Assembly (NCBI GenBank): GCA_049510745.1
Contig: JBEKYR010000013.1
Coordinates: 69,288 to 133,287 of the forward strand
Source: Verrucomicrobiota bacterium
GTDB taxonomy: Bacteria > Verrucomicrobiota > Verrucomicrobiia > Limisphaerales > Palsa-1400
Reading direction: 5' to 3'
Length of the DNA stretch: 64,000 nucleotides
In this document: piece by piece, positions 40,170 through 50,180 of the stretch
Position numbering within the stretch: position 1 is the first letter of the stretch
How the letters are laid out: the number at the start of each line of letters is the position of its first letter
Notes under the pieces: model-generated
The model's database searches: none
Told to the model about the DNA's origin: nothing
The model's input: the letters and a program-made list of their open reading frames with translations, nothing else
Made by a program: the position numbers and the translations under genes

Positions 40170-40688
40170 ATGAATACTCCAGACAAAAATCTGAAAACGC
40201 TCCGGGAAAAGGACATCGGGGCCGAGCAAATCACTCCGGCAATATGCCCGGGGCAGATTTACAGGCGCATTCTTGTGGCGACGGATTTTTCAGCCTCTTC
40301 CACTGCTGCCTTCGAACAAGGACTAAAGTCAGCCAAACAGAACCATGCGGAGCTATTGATAGCGCATTCCTTCGCGTTGCCCAATGACCTCTGCTTCATG
40401 CCATCGGATTGTTACGGGGAATGGGAGAAAAAGTGCCGCACGGAGGCGGAAAAGAACATGGGCGCGCTCCTTGAAAAAGCCCGCCAGGAAAATGTGAAAG
40501 CGCACATGCTGGCGCTCGAAGGAATTGCCGATGACGCGATCGTGGACGCAGCGAAGCGACTTGACGTTGATCTGATCGTCATCGGCACGCACGGTCACCG
40601 GAAAGCAACGCGGCCTTTTTGGGGGAGCGTTGTCGCGCACATCATCTCGCACGCTCCGTGCGCTGTCCTGACGGTGCATTCGCCATGA
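40170..40688 (+). CDS. Universal stress protein, paralog of 37119-37649
   Basis: RILVATDF, DLIVIGTHG, GSV, APCAVLTV. Confidence 0.92.
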   Translation: MNTPDKNLKTLREKDIGAEQITPAICPGQIYRRILVATDFSASSTAAFEQGLKSAKQNHAELLIAHSFALPNDLCFMPSDCYGEWEKKCRTEAEKNMGALLEKARQENVKAHMLALEGIADDAIVDAAKRLDVDLIVIGTHGHRKATRPFWGSVVAHIISHAPCAVLTVHSP

Positions 40689-40765
40689 ACAAGACCGCCC
40701 TTCTGGTCATCGATCTACACCGAGATTTCCTGGAGGCCAATGCTCGAATTTCCACAATCACTTAA
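40685..40765 (+). pseudogene. N-terminal remnant of an isochorismatase-like cysteine hydrolase
   Basis: MNKTALLVIDLHRDFL... then stop after 26 aa; ATGA-coupled to the USP gene. Confidence 0.6.
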
Positions 40766-40861
40766 ACGCCTTGATCAACGCTTCAAACTACATTCGCAGT
40801 GATTTGCCGTGTGGTGACACGGGTGGAATTTTGCGGTCGATACGAAGCAACTCATAGACGG

Positions 40862-40959
40862 CCATCATACCACCATCATACCAGCACTTTCCGGCCGCAG
40901 CGGGCCGCACGGCGCCGCAGGGATTGACTTTACGAGGGAGACTGGTATCTTACGAGGGA
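40862..40959. repeat. Short direct repeats next to the att-like site
   Basis: CCATCATACCA x2 (40862-40883); GCCGCA x3 at 10-bp period (40891-40920); TTACGAGGGA x2 (40930, 40950). Confidence 0.8.
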
Positions 40960-40974
40960 AGTTTTGAGTCAGGG

Positions 40975-41024
40975 ACTGACTTCTAAGCAGTGGGTCGTGG
41001 GTTCGACTCCCGCCGGGCGCGCCA
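40975..41024 (+). pseudogene. 3' half of tRNA-Arg(TCT), att-site-like
   Basis: ACTGA-CTTCTAA-GCAGT anticodon arm, GTGGG-TTCGACT-CCCGC T arm, CGGGCGC-G-CCA end; no 5' acceptor strand or D arm upstream. Confidence 0.85.
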
Positions 41025-41248
41025 TTTTCCGGCCCCCTTTTTCACGCCCCAGTCCAGCCTGAAGTTGTGCCAGGGAAAAATACCACCGCCGCAGAACTGA
41101 GGTTGCGGCAGGCAAAGACCCATATGACACGCTTCCCAAGGATGTGCCAGTCATGTTCAAAAAGATGGGCCAAGTAATCTTCAAGTAAGCAGGGCCAGTA
41201 ACGAAGACAGTGTAATCCTGTTTCATCCTTCCTTTCTCGCTTTGGAAC

Positions 41249-44200
41249 TCATGGGAAAACCAGGCGGAAGAAGGCGCTGCCATTGGTATTGCTGATGAAA
41301 ATGGAGGCAGCGTTTGTTGCGGTCGAACCTGAAACCGTCACCCAGTTCGTGCCCAGGCCGGCGCCGGGCGCATTGGTCTGGGCCTCCAACCGCCATCCAG
41401 TGTGGTCCGAGGGCCAGTTGAACTGTAATTGCCGGGCGCCAAGCTGCCAGTCCAGTTGCACCGGTGCCGTCGAGATGGGCGTGAACTCCAGCCATTCCAC
41501 GTTCAACAAATATCCAGTCCCGCCGACAAACCGCAGCACCAGGTTCTGGACGCCACTGGCATTCGTCAACGCGGTGCTCACCGTCGTCCAGGTTTGCCAC
41601 CCGCCGGTGTTTGCCACCGTGAGGACGCCAATCAGCGGGCCGTTGGTCGTGCCCAGGCGCAGTTGGATATTGCCGCCGGAGGCATCGCTCGCCACGCGCG
41701 CCTTCAGGCTCAAGGTGCCTGCGCCGAAATTCACGCCGTTGTAAACAACCCAGGCGCCGCTGGTGATGTAGCCCACATCCTGACCGCCCTCCGAGCAACT
41801 TTCCAACTGTATTCCCGCCGACTGGCTGCTGTAGTTTGCCGCCGGGATGTGCGTCGGAGGTGCGGTTACTGTCGCGCTGACGGCCGCTGAATTGGCGCTC
41901 TCACCAAAGCTGTTTAGGGCTGAAACTTCGTAGTCATACAACGGACCGTCAACCACATTGGTGTCGATGTAGGTTGTCCATGCCAGATTCGTGGCAATGA
42001 CAACATAGCTGGCGCCATCGGTTGACCGTTTCACATTGTAACCCGTGGCGGCTGTGGACGGGGTCCAATTTAGCGTTACCTGTCCGTTGGTGACTGTTGC
42101 CCCCAGCCAGCCCGGAGTTGCCGGAGCAGCCACGGCGGGGCCTACGGGTGTCAGTGTCAGAACTTCTCCGGCTTGCGTCTGGCAACTAAAAATATTCCCC
42201 GTAAACTGCGTCGTTGGATTGACCGTTGAAGTTACTTGGACAGTCGTCTGCGGCCAGGGATTGACCAGGTTCAATAATTGGCCGGCCGCGCTGGTGATTT
42301 GCACATAGGGGATCAAACCATTGGTCATGGCGCTGGAAACCAAAAAGCCGTTGCAGGCGTTCAAATTTCCGAAACAAGCATTCTGGTTCGCCGGCCAATT
42401 GGGGAAAAGGTGAAGGTTCGTCTGGTAACTTTGGAGAAACATGTTGGCGAGGGTGCAGGGCACAATCGAATAATCCTCCGTTCCGCCGCCGCCGAACGAA
42501 AACATGAAATTGGGGTATTGATAGTAGGCGATGGCAATGTCGAGGTTCGCCAGAATTGCGACGGGATCATAACCCACGGCGGCGGCCGAAGGATAGAACG
42601 TGCAGCAATCATTGCCATCATACCATTCCGCCGCCAGGTAAACAGTGTTCCGGGCCGCTGCAAGCGTCACCGGATCGCTTTCCAATCCAATGTCCCAGCC
42701 TGGGAAGATCGTCTGGGTTGAGTTCATGCCGGCGCTGGTCCCTCGGACTTGATGATCCTGATAAAGATTCACCGCCGGGGTCGGAAAAGCGGTGCCGGAA
42801 GTGGAGTCGCGAATCACATTCATCCCCGACGTCACATAATTCGTCCCCAACGCGCTCAAGGTGCTGATGCTGGTGGCCGGAACGATGGGCAGTGGCGACA
42901 GCCGCGCAACAATGTCGCTCCACTTGGCGCGCCGGCTGGCATCCACATTCAGTATCTGGCTCATTTGGATCAGCGACGGATACACCAATTGAATAAAAGC
43001 CAGGGTCGTAGCGGGATTCATATCACTGGTGCTCCAGCTTTCGGCCACGGCGTCGTTGAAGTCCACGTATTGATTGTTGCTCACAACAAGATAGTTGTCC
43101 CAAAAATCCGAAACTCCCTTCAGATAGGGGTAAATCTCGGCCGCGTAATTCGTATCCTGCGTATAACGCCAGCGCATCGCGCAATTTACCGCCGCAAACA
43201 AGGCGTCGGACTTCTGCGACCAAAAGGTATAGCCGTCATCGCTCCAGCCCGGCACGGGAATCAAGTGGGTGTATAGGTAAATTCCCTGGTAGCCGTAGTG
43301 TTGGGCGGTGGCCTGACCGCGCGAGATGTGGTCGAGCAACAGTTGGTCATAATTGTCCGCCAGCTCCGGATGGTTGCACGCATAAGCGACCCAGAACGTC
43401 GCCTGAACATTGTAGTCCAGCGTGTAATCGCCTTCCCAATACATGCCGGTCGAACTGATGAAGTTTCCCCATAATCCCGGCGGCGGGCAATTCGACGCGC
43501 TGCAGCACGCCAACAAATACAGCGACGCATACCAGTTGTCTTGGATTTGTTGATCGCCAATCTGAATGAAGGACTTCGACCAGAAATTGCTCCACCATTG
43601 ATTGTGTCCTTGAAACAAGCTGTTCATGGAGGAAGCATTGGCTTGCTGGGTCTGTTGCTGCGCGGCTGCCATGTAATTGCTGGCATTAAGGTCGGTCACG
43701 GCGGACAACGCAATTGTCGCCTGTCCTCCAGCCGGCACGGTGAAGGTCAAGGTGTTGCTGTTGCCCGTGACCGCGGCGCCAAAGACGCTTTGCATCAAGA
43801 CTCCCTGGGGAGCGCAGCCATTGAAGGGGGCGTTCGTATCTCCAAGATAAATGGCGGTTTTATTCCAACCCATGACGTCCGCCGCCGACGGAAAATTGGT
43901 CGTCACGCCAATGGCCGTTCCGTTGGTGTAAATGGTCAGCGCATTGCCATCGTAAGTTACCGCCGTCTGTATCCATTGATTCACAGGCAAGGAATTGCCT
44001 GCCGTTGCCGTGTAAGCGTTTACCGAGGCGTTGGTAAACAGTCCGGTGGGAGTGGTGTCCAACCCGCCGCTGGTGTTCAGAGTGGCGCTAAGCGCGCCAT
44101 TTGACAAAACGACCAGTTTCAGGCCTCTTAGAAACGGATAACCTGTCGTGCCGTGGCTGACTAATCCCGCAAAAACACAACTTTCATTGGTGGTGTTAAT

Positions 44201-45106
44201 GGCGGCCAGTTTGATCCAAGCGGAAACGGTAAATTGCGTTTGCGGAATGCACATGACGCCGACGGCCACTTCGGAACTGGCATCCCCGGTCAGCACAACC
44301 GAACCGCCATGCGGATCGGATGTATTCAAGGTGGCTGTGCCTGTGAGCGTCGCGCCGCCGGTGTTGGTTGCCGTCCATTGCAGCAAGGAAGGGACGGCGC
44401 CGGGCGTTTCAAGCGCGTTCAATTGGGCTCCCGACAACGCCTGGTTGAAAATCTGCATGTCGGCAATCCGTCCTTTAAGCGGAGCGGAAGAGCCGATGTT
44501 CATGTGATTGCCAATTTCAAGGTTCACTGAATCCGGCGAAACGTTGAGCCAGGTTGAATTCGTTGACCAACCCAAAGTGCCGGGATTGCCGGCCGTTCCG
44601 AAGCCGTCGAGCAACTTGCTGGAAAACGTCAATGGCTGCGAACCGGTGTTGGTGAGTTGGATAAAGGCCGTGTTCTGCGACGTCGCGATCCACGAAGTCA
44701 AACTCAATCCTGAACTGCCTGACGTGAAGTTTCCGGTGACCGTGGCCGCGCCCACATTCTCGACGAGTGAATAGGAACCGCCGCTTAAAGCCGGAGCGCT
44801 CAACACCAGCGAGCCCACCGGCATGATGACCCCATGTTCCACGCCCCAAAAATCCGACTTGCCCACGCAGAAACTTAGAGAGGTGGATGGCCCCCCGATC
44901 ATCACGGCCATGTCGCCGTTTCCAATCACCGGAGCATTAACGACAGTGGGCGATGATGGCGTTGCTACGGACGTGTAGCTGCCATGAACGTTTGCGGCGA
45001 GCGCCGAACCCGTGACAGTCACATCCGGAATCGTCTGGCCAAAAGAGCTCTTGCCGAAACTCAGCAAAGGAACAAGGACAATTACGCTAAACAATCTCAT
45101 AGTCAT
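41249..45106 (-). CDS. Secreted GH95-like glycoside hydrolase with LamG insert, FN3, CBM6 and C-terminal domain
   Basis: Signal peptide; IGNGD, PPGLWG, WEGDYTLDYNVQ, HLFPNWP; FN3; CBM6 (GGQDVGYI...NTGGWQTW); ends FFRLVFP. Family assignment tentative. Confidence 0.75.
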   Translation of the reverse strand: MTMRLFSVIVLVPLLSFGKSSFGQTIPDVTVTGSALAANVHGSYTSVATPSSPTVVNAPVIGNGDMAVMIGGPSTSLSFCVGKSDFWGVEHGVIMPVGSLVLSAPALSGGSYSLVENVGAATVTGNFTSGSSGLSLTSWIATSQNTAFIQLTNTGSQPLTFSSKLLDGFGTAGNPGTLGWSTNSTWLNVSPDSVNLEIGNHMNIGSSAPLKGRIADMQIFNQALSGAQLNALETPGAVPSLLQWTATNTGGATLTGTATLNTSDPHGGSVVLTGDASSEVAVGVMCIPQTQFTVSAWIKLAAINTTNESCVFAGLVSHGTTGYPFLRGLKLVVLSNGALSATLNTSGGLDTTPTGLFTNASVNAYTATAGNSLPVNQWIQTAVTYDGNALTIYTNGTAIGVTTNFPSAADVMGWNKTAIYLGDTNAPFNGCAPQGVLMQSVFGAAVTGNSNTLTFTVPAGGQATIALSAVTDLNASNYMAAAQQQTQQANASSMNSLFQGHNQWWSNFWSKSFIQIGDQQIQDNWYASLYLLACCSASNCPPPGLWGNFISSTGMYWEGDYTLDYNVQATFWVAYACNHPELADNYDQLLLDHISRGQATAQHYGYQGIYLYTHLIPVPGWSDDGYTFWSQKSDALFAAVNCAMRWRYTQDTNYAAEIYPYLKGVSDFWDNYLVVSNNQYVDFNDAVAESWSTSDMNPATTLAFIQLVYPSLIQMSQILNVDASRRAKWSDIVARLSPLPIVPATSISTLSALGTNYVTSGMNVIRDSTSGTAFPTPAVNLYQDHQVRGTSAGMNSTQTIFPGWDIGLESDPVTLAAARNTVYLAAEWYDGNDCCTFYPSAAAVGYDPVAILANLDIAIAYYQYPNFMFSFGGGGTEDYSIVPCTLANMFLQSYQTNLHLFPNWPANQNACFGNLNACNGFLVSSAMTNGLIPYVQITSAAGQLLNLVNPWPQTTVQVTSTVNPTTQFTGNIFSCQTQAGEVLTLTPVGPAVAAPATPGWLGATVTNGQVTLNWTPSTAATGYNVKRSTDGASYVVIATNLAWTTYIDTNVVDGPLYDYEVSALNSFGESANSAAVSATVTAPPTHIPAANYSSQSAGIQLESCSEGGQDVGYITSGAWVVYNGVNFGAGTLSLKARVASDASGGNIQLRLGTTNGPLIGVLTVANTGGWQTWTTVSTALTNASGVQNLVLRFVGGTGYLLNVEWLEFTPISTAPVQLDWQLGARQLQFNWPSDHTGWRLEAQTNAPGAGLGTNWVTVSGSTATNAASIFISNTNGSAFFRLVFP

Positions 45107-45147
45107 AAGACAATCTCGCTTTCACTCCCAGCCTCCTTGGGGCTAGT

Positions 45148-47736
45148 TCAATTCCTATAGCTTACCGTGACCGCTTTGCCAGTGTAATGAACGACCGCGT
45201 CGGCCTTCTCTTCCGCCGCCATGCCCGCACCGTGATTGGGCGACACGAAGACGACACGGAAAGTGCGTTTCTTCAACATGCCGGCAAATGTGCCCGTGCG
45301 CTTTCCAATTTTCAAAGTGTGCCTGGCATCGTCCCAGGAAACGGGGATTGTGGCGTGTATTCCGCTTTCATAATTATAGTGATCGCCTTCATCCTCGTAC
45401 ACCTTGAACTCGCCGTCCGCGCCCCGATAAATGCGAAGTTCGATCGGATCGGCCTGTTTCTCGGTTGCGTATTGCAACACCGGGCCGAACGGCACAATTG
45501 AACCAGCGCGAATATAAAGCGGCAGGATGTTGATCGGCGCATTTCCCGTTGCCGTCTTGCCGCCGGTGAGAGTTTCACCGGTCCAGAAATCCACCCAGTT
45601 TGCTCCGGACGGCAGGTAAACCGGACGAGTCGTTGCTTGCGGCGTTGTCATCGGACAGACCAGAAATGCCGGACCAAACATGTATTCGTCGGCAATCGCG
45701 AGAACATTGGTGTCCTTTGAAAAGTCCATCATCAACGGGCGCATCGGAGTGTAGCGTTCGCTGGTGATCTTCCATGCCACGGAATAATTGTAGGGCAGCA
45801 TCCGATAACGCAATTGATCAAACGCCATCAAATTGGTCTGCGTTTCCGGCAGCCAGTTCCAAATTTCGGTCGCGGTCCCAAATCCGTGGATGCGCAAGAT
45901 CGGGCAGAACGTGCTCCATTGAAACCAGCGGGTGAGAAGTTCGTTGTAGGCGGGCGAAGAGTATTGGTCTCGAGGATGAAAAAAACCACCGGTGTCGGTA
46001 GTCCAATAAGGCAAGCCGGTGATGGAATAATTTAAGCCGGCGGGAATTTGCCGGGCGAAGGTCATCCAGTCGCCGTGAATATCGCCCGACCAGACCGCTG
46101 TGGCGTAGCGTTGCGCGCCAGGATAAGCGCTACGCGCAAGGATCACCACTCGCTTCCTCGAATCCGTGCCGCGCTGGCCTTCATAGGTGGCCTGACTGGC
46201 AAACAGCGGATAGGAATTCCGCACGCGATTCGCCGAGCCAAGGAAACATTGGATGCCACTGACAGAATTCCCGTCATCGCCCGGCTCGGTCGCGTCCTGC
46301 CAGAAACCATCAGTTCCGAGGCTGTAAAACGCCTGGTTCATGTATTTCCAGCGGATGCTGCGCACCGCCGGATTGAACACGTCCATCCAGGTCGTCTTCG
46401 GCAGCACGCCATTGGACATGGACGCCAGCGCACGGCCAACCAGGCCGCCGGGATTAGACCACACCGAGATCATGTACTTGAAATGCCCGGCGTGTAGCTG
46501 GGCGATCATGTTCGTAGGATCGGGATAATGGCCCAAGTCCCATTCATAAGCGCCCCAGCCGTGATTTCCCCAGTATTGCCAGTCTTGCACAATGAAATCC
46601 ACGGGGATTTGGTTCGAGCGAAATTGGCGAGCCGCCTCCAGCATCTGTGACTGGCTCGAATAGCGCTCGCGGCATTGCCAGAAACCATACGCCGCTTTGG
46701 GAAACAACGGCGCGTCGCCAGTGGCAAGACGGTACCCGGCAATGATCTGGTCGGCAGTCGGGCCGTAGAAAAAATAGTAATCAATCGCGTCGCCGACTTC
46801 GGAACGAAACGTCGTCGTGTTGCCCAGTGGACGAGCATAAACTTTCGCGCGGTTCCCGCCGCCGAGAAGATTCACGGAACAAACCGCGTTGGCTGGCAAC
46901 GCAATCTTTCCGCTTAGGGTGTAAGGGACCCACAGGTTCGTGATGGCTGCGACGGTTTGGCCGTTGATCTGCACGCCGATAAGGTTGCGGCGATCTCCGT
47001 CTTTGACGAAAAAGACGCAATCGCCGGCGTCGGCAGTGGTGTAAATGCCCGATCCGTTTGTCAGCGTCACTTGCGTGTCGGCAGGATTGAATTCCGTGAG
47101 CGAGGCGTTGTTCCAGAGCAAGCCGTATCCGCGGCTTGACACAATCATCGGCACGGCGATCTGAGTGTTCACCTGCCGAAGTTGCTGCGGCATTCCGCGC
47201 CAGTTCCAAATGCCTTCCTGAAACTGACCAAGCCCGTATAAAAATTCATCGGCAGGACTGGTGAAGCTCTGCTCCGGTTGATAAGAGGATTCGCCGTTCA
47301 CCGTCACGGCGGCCATCGCCTTTCCGCCGCTGGCGGGTTCTGCGAGCAGCAACTTGCCGGACGCATCGTAAAACGCAACCGCTCCGGTCGCTTTATCCAC
47401 GGCAATCTTCAGTTCGCGGGTGGCGATCGCGAGTTTCGCGCCGGAGTCACCCACTTGAAATGAAGCGGCCGGCCATGAATGGTTCGTTACCACGAAGTCT
47501 TGTCCCACAGACAGGGTCACGGCAGGGGAATACCTCACGCGCACAATCCTGTCGGAGCAGACCGTCAGCCTCATCTGCCCGGGCGACATCGTGAGCGTAA
47601 CACCGTCGGCACCGGTCTGAACGGATTGGACGGGAATGGGAGCGGCGGACGCGGGTAACGTCGCCAGGTTGGCGGCAATAAAGACAATACCAGCACACCA
47701 GCCGCACTTGCTTGGAAAGCTTTTCAACGAGTTCAT
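45148..47736 (-). CDS. GH31 glycoside hydrolase (alpha-xylosidase-like)
   Basis: LYGLGQ, GFWQCRERY, IVQDWQYW, FWQDATEP, WSGDI, WTTDTGGF, YEDEGD. Confidence 0.92.
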   Translation of the reverse strand: MNSLKSFPSKCGWCAGIVFIAANLATLPASAAPIPVQSVQTGADGVTLTMSPGQMRLTVCSDRIVRVRYSPAVTLSVGQDFVVTNHSWPAASFQVGDSGAKLAIATRELKIAVDKATGAVAFYDASGKLLLAEPASGGKAMAAVTVNGESSYQPEQSFTSPADEFLYGLGQFQEGIWNWRGMPQQLRQVNTQIAVPMIVSSRGYGLLWNNASLTEFNPADTQVTLTNGSGIYTTADAGDCVFFVKDGDRRNLIGVQINGQTVAAITNLWVPYTLSGKIALPANAVCSVNLLGGGNRAKVYARPLGNTTTFRSEVGDAIDYYFFYGPTADQIIAGYRLATGDAPLFPKAAYGFWQCRERYSSQSQMLEAARQFRSNQIPVDFIVQDWQYWGNHGWGAYEWDLGHYPDPTNMIAQLHAGHFKYMISVWSNPGGLVGRALASMSNGVLPKTTWMDVFNPAVRSIRWKYMNQAFYSLGTDGFWQDATEPGDDGNSVSGIQCFLGSANRVRNSYPLFASQATYEGQRGTDSRKRVVILARSAYPGAQRYATAVWSGDIHGDWMTFARQIPAGLNYSITGLPYWTTDTGGFFHPRDQYSSPAYNELLTRWFQWSTFCPILRIHGFGTATEIWNWLPETQTNLMAFDQLRYRMLPYNYSVAWKITSERYTPMRPLMMDFSKDTNVLAIADEYMFGPAFLVCPMTTPQATTRPVYLPSGANWVDFWTGETLTGGKTATGNAPINILPLYIRAGSIVPFGPVLQYATEKQADPIELRIYRGADGEFKVYEDEGDHYNYESGIHATIPVSWDDARHTLKIGKRTGTFAGMLKKRTFRVVFVSPNHGAGMAAEEKADAVVHYTGKAVTVSYRN

Positions 47737-47776
47737 GTCAGGTCACTGAAGCTCCGCGCAACTCAAAGGGCCGGCA

Positions 47777-49261
47777 TCAATTAGTTGAGGAGCAATTCGC
47801 GCGCGTTGCAATCGAAACAGGACGAAAAAACGAAATGGCGCGCAACCGGTCAGCCCTCCATCGGAGGGCGCGCAAAAGAACGGCTCCGTGCGCGGGGACC
47901 TGGACGGAATATTTTGTTTTGAATGCGCCGAGGTCTTTGTGTGCCCAAAGATCACGCAATGTGTGTCTGCCGGTCAGCCCTGCATCAGTCCAACTCAACT
48001 CGACCTCCGTTGCCGCCGAGGTGCGGTTGAACAAACCAATGGCCTTGCTGCCGTCGTTGAGCGCTTTCACCCAGATTTCTGTGCCTTTGGTTTGCGTTAC
48101 GCGTCGTCCCGGGCTTCCGAGCGCGTCCTGATTGACGGCGAGCACTTCGTCATTGGTCAGCAACGACAACGTCCATTCATCGGTGTCGGGCAGATTGTTG
48201 CCGAGCATGAGCGGCGAAGGCGCCAAAGCCCAAAGCGATATAAGCATGACCTGTTCGTCTTTTGAAAAGCGCGTCTGACGATCTCTGCCAGCGATGGTGC
48301 ATTTAATGCCAATATGCCCGAACGGAATCATATCCGCGTCGGGCCAGTGACCAGGCCCGCCCGCGCGCTGCCATTTGCCAAGCAGATCGAAAGCGCGATC
48401 CAGGTCCGCCCAACGATCCCAAAAGTCGCCGGAGATGCGCCACATGTTCGCCTGGCTGCTGATGTGATCGGCATGTGAAGGCTCCGTTGGTCCGGGCGAC
48501 GTGCTGAAAACGATTGGGCGTCCACATTTGTCAAAGGCTTTGCGGATCATTTCAATTTCCTGCGCGTTATACGGCACGGAAAGGTCGTCCACCTTCACAA
48601 AATCGATTCCCCACGAAGCCCACAACTTGGCGGACCAGTCATACCATGCCTGCCCAGCTTCGTTGTTGCGCACGCCAAACATGTCCGGACACCAGGTGCA
48701 GGTATTCGCCGGATTGCCGGCGTCTGCGGCGGTGAAACTGCTGCCGCCGATCGGCGTCTTCGCATTGACCGACTGCCGCGGGATCCCGCGCATCATGTGG
48801 AGGCCGAATTTCAATCCCATCGCGTGAATCTGATCCGCGAGCGGCTTGAAGCCTTTGCCCTCGGTAGCGGACGGAAACCGGTTGGTCGCTGGAAGCAGGC
48901 GGCCAAACTCATCCGCAAAGAGCAGCGCGCCGGCGCGTTCTCTATTGAAGTTCCGGTCGTCATACGACGAGACTGCATCATACCAGCGCGCATCGATGAC
49001 GATATATTTCCAGCCGTGAGGAAGAAGATGCTCCCGCATGTAGCGGGCGTTTGCCAGTGTCTCCTCCTCGGTAATGCTCGTGCCCCACGCATCATAGCTG
49101 TTCCACCCCATCGGCGGTGTTGGCGCCCACTTCCAATAAGACGGTTCCGAAGTTGGCGGCGCTGCCACAACGTTAATTGGAACAGCGAGCAGCGCCGAGG
49201 CGGCGAAGAGGCTTCGGAATGCCGACCGGAATACCGAAGAAGAAGAATTTGAGTATCTCAT
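47777..49261 (-). CDS. GH27 glycoside hydrolase (alpha-galactosidase / beta-L-arabinopyranosidase-like)
   Basis: TPPMGWNSYD, VIDARW, DFVKVDD, WRISGDFWD, WPDADM. Confidence 0.92.
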   Translation of the reverse strand: MRYSNSSSSVFRSAFRSLFAASALLAVPINVVAAPPTSEPSYWKWAPTPPMGWNSYDAWGTSITEEETLANARYMREHLLPHGWKYIVIDARWYDAVSSYDDRNFNRERAGALLFADEFGRLLPATNRFPSATEGKGFKPLADQIHAMGLKFGLHMMRGIPRQSVNAKTPIGGSSFTAADAGNPANTCTWCPDMFGVRNNEAGQAWYDWSAKLWASWGIDFVKVDDLSVPYNAQEIEMIRKAFDKCGRPIVFSTSPGPTEPSHADHISSQANMWRISGDFWDRWADLDRAFDLLGKWQRAGGPGHWPDADMIPFGHIGIKCTIAGRDRQTRFSKDEQVMLISLWALAPSPLMLGNNLPDTDEWTLSLLTNDEVLAVNQDALGSPGRRVTQTKGTEIWVKALNDGSKAIGLFNRTSAATEVELSWTDAGLTGRHTLRDLWAHKDLGAFKTKYSVQVPAHGAVLLRALRWRADRLRAISFFRPVSIATRANCSSTN

Positions 49262-49476
49262 ATTTTCACTGTTTCAATTCAGGCTCGCAGGCTGGGAGTG
49301 ACAGCCATCGTCTCAAATGCGTCCTGTCCCGTGAAGTAGAGATACAGGATGCAAAGCTGTGCGCCCAATATGACATTCGGCAGATGGAGGGATTTGCGGA
49401 CGGAAGCTTCCACCCGCAACCCCTTCCGAGTTTGCAGTCAAAAGGTAATGGCAGCAATCTCGCGCCGACTGGGACG

Positions 49477-50133
49477 TTACGCTGACAAATATTTCGCCGC
49501 CGCTTCGGTCCGGCAACGCACGTGCAGCTTCTCGTAGATGTGCGACAGGTGGATACGCACAGTCCCGGAACTGATATGCAATTGACTTCCGATTTCCTTG
49601 TTTGAGCGCCCTTGCGCAACGAGGGCCAGGATCTCCATTTCGCGGGGAGAAAGGTGCTCCGTCTCTGAACGGCCAGACGAGTCCTCCAAGAATGATCGCA
49701 CAACCATACGGGCTACCTGGCTAGTCATCGGCGCACCTCCGGCGCGGACTTCAGCAATCGCTTCCAGGATTTCCTTTTCGTCTGCGCGCTTGAGCACATA
49801 TCCACAAGCGCCAGCCTTGAGCGCCTGGAAGATCATCTTGATGTCTTTGTAAACCGTCAGCATGATGACTTGGATATCCGGCATCTTCTCCCGAAGACGG
49901 GCCGTGCATGCAATACCCGATTCCCCCGGCAAATGGATATCCATCAGCACTACATCGGGCCGTTGAGCGGGAATTCTTTCCAGCGCCTCCTCGGCAGAGG
50001 GACAGGCGCAAACGCACCGGTACCCGGGCGTATTAGCGATCAACTCCGAGAGATACTGACGCAACGTCGGATTATCTTCAACGATAGCTACCTTCGTTGT
50101 TGCGTAATCGTCATCTGAAGATTGAGCATCCAT
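49477..50133 (-). CDS. NarL/LuxR-family response regulator
   Basis: VAIVED, VLMDIHLP, LSPREMEIL..VAQG.SNKEI...TVRIHLSHIYEKL. Confidence 0.95.
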   Translation of the reverse strand: MDAQSSDDDYATTKVAIVEDNPTLRQYLSELIANTPGYRCVCACPSAEEALERIPAQRPDVVLMDIHLPGESGIACTARLREKMPDIQVIMLTVYKDIKMIFQALKAGACGYVLKRADEKEILEAIAEVRAGGAPMTSQVARMVVRSFLEDSSGRSETEHLSPREMEILALVAQGRSNKEIGSQLHISSGTVRIHLSHIYEKLHVRCRTEAAAKYLSA

Positions 50134-50180
50134 ACTCCTGTTTGGTCGCCTTCACGATAAAACTGATAACCGACAGCATT

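Larger units (their letters stand above)
1..41024. mobile_element. Putative tRNA-Arg-integrated genomic island (right part; left end and integrase not in window)
   Basis: Ends at a 3' tRNA fragment (40975-41024) preceded by short direct repeats; gene content switches abruptly to CAZymes after it. No integrase seen, so this is inference. Confidence 0.55.

Noticed and set aside
40862..40959. CRISPR array
   Set aside because: Repeats are 6-11 bp with 2-3 copies, no spacer structure and no cas genes.
40940..41024. Intact tRNA-Arg gene
   Set aside because: The 5' acceptor strand (GCGCCCG) and D arm are absent.
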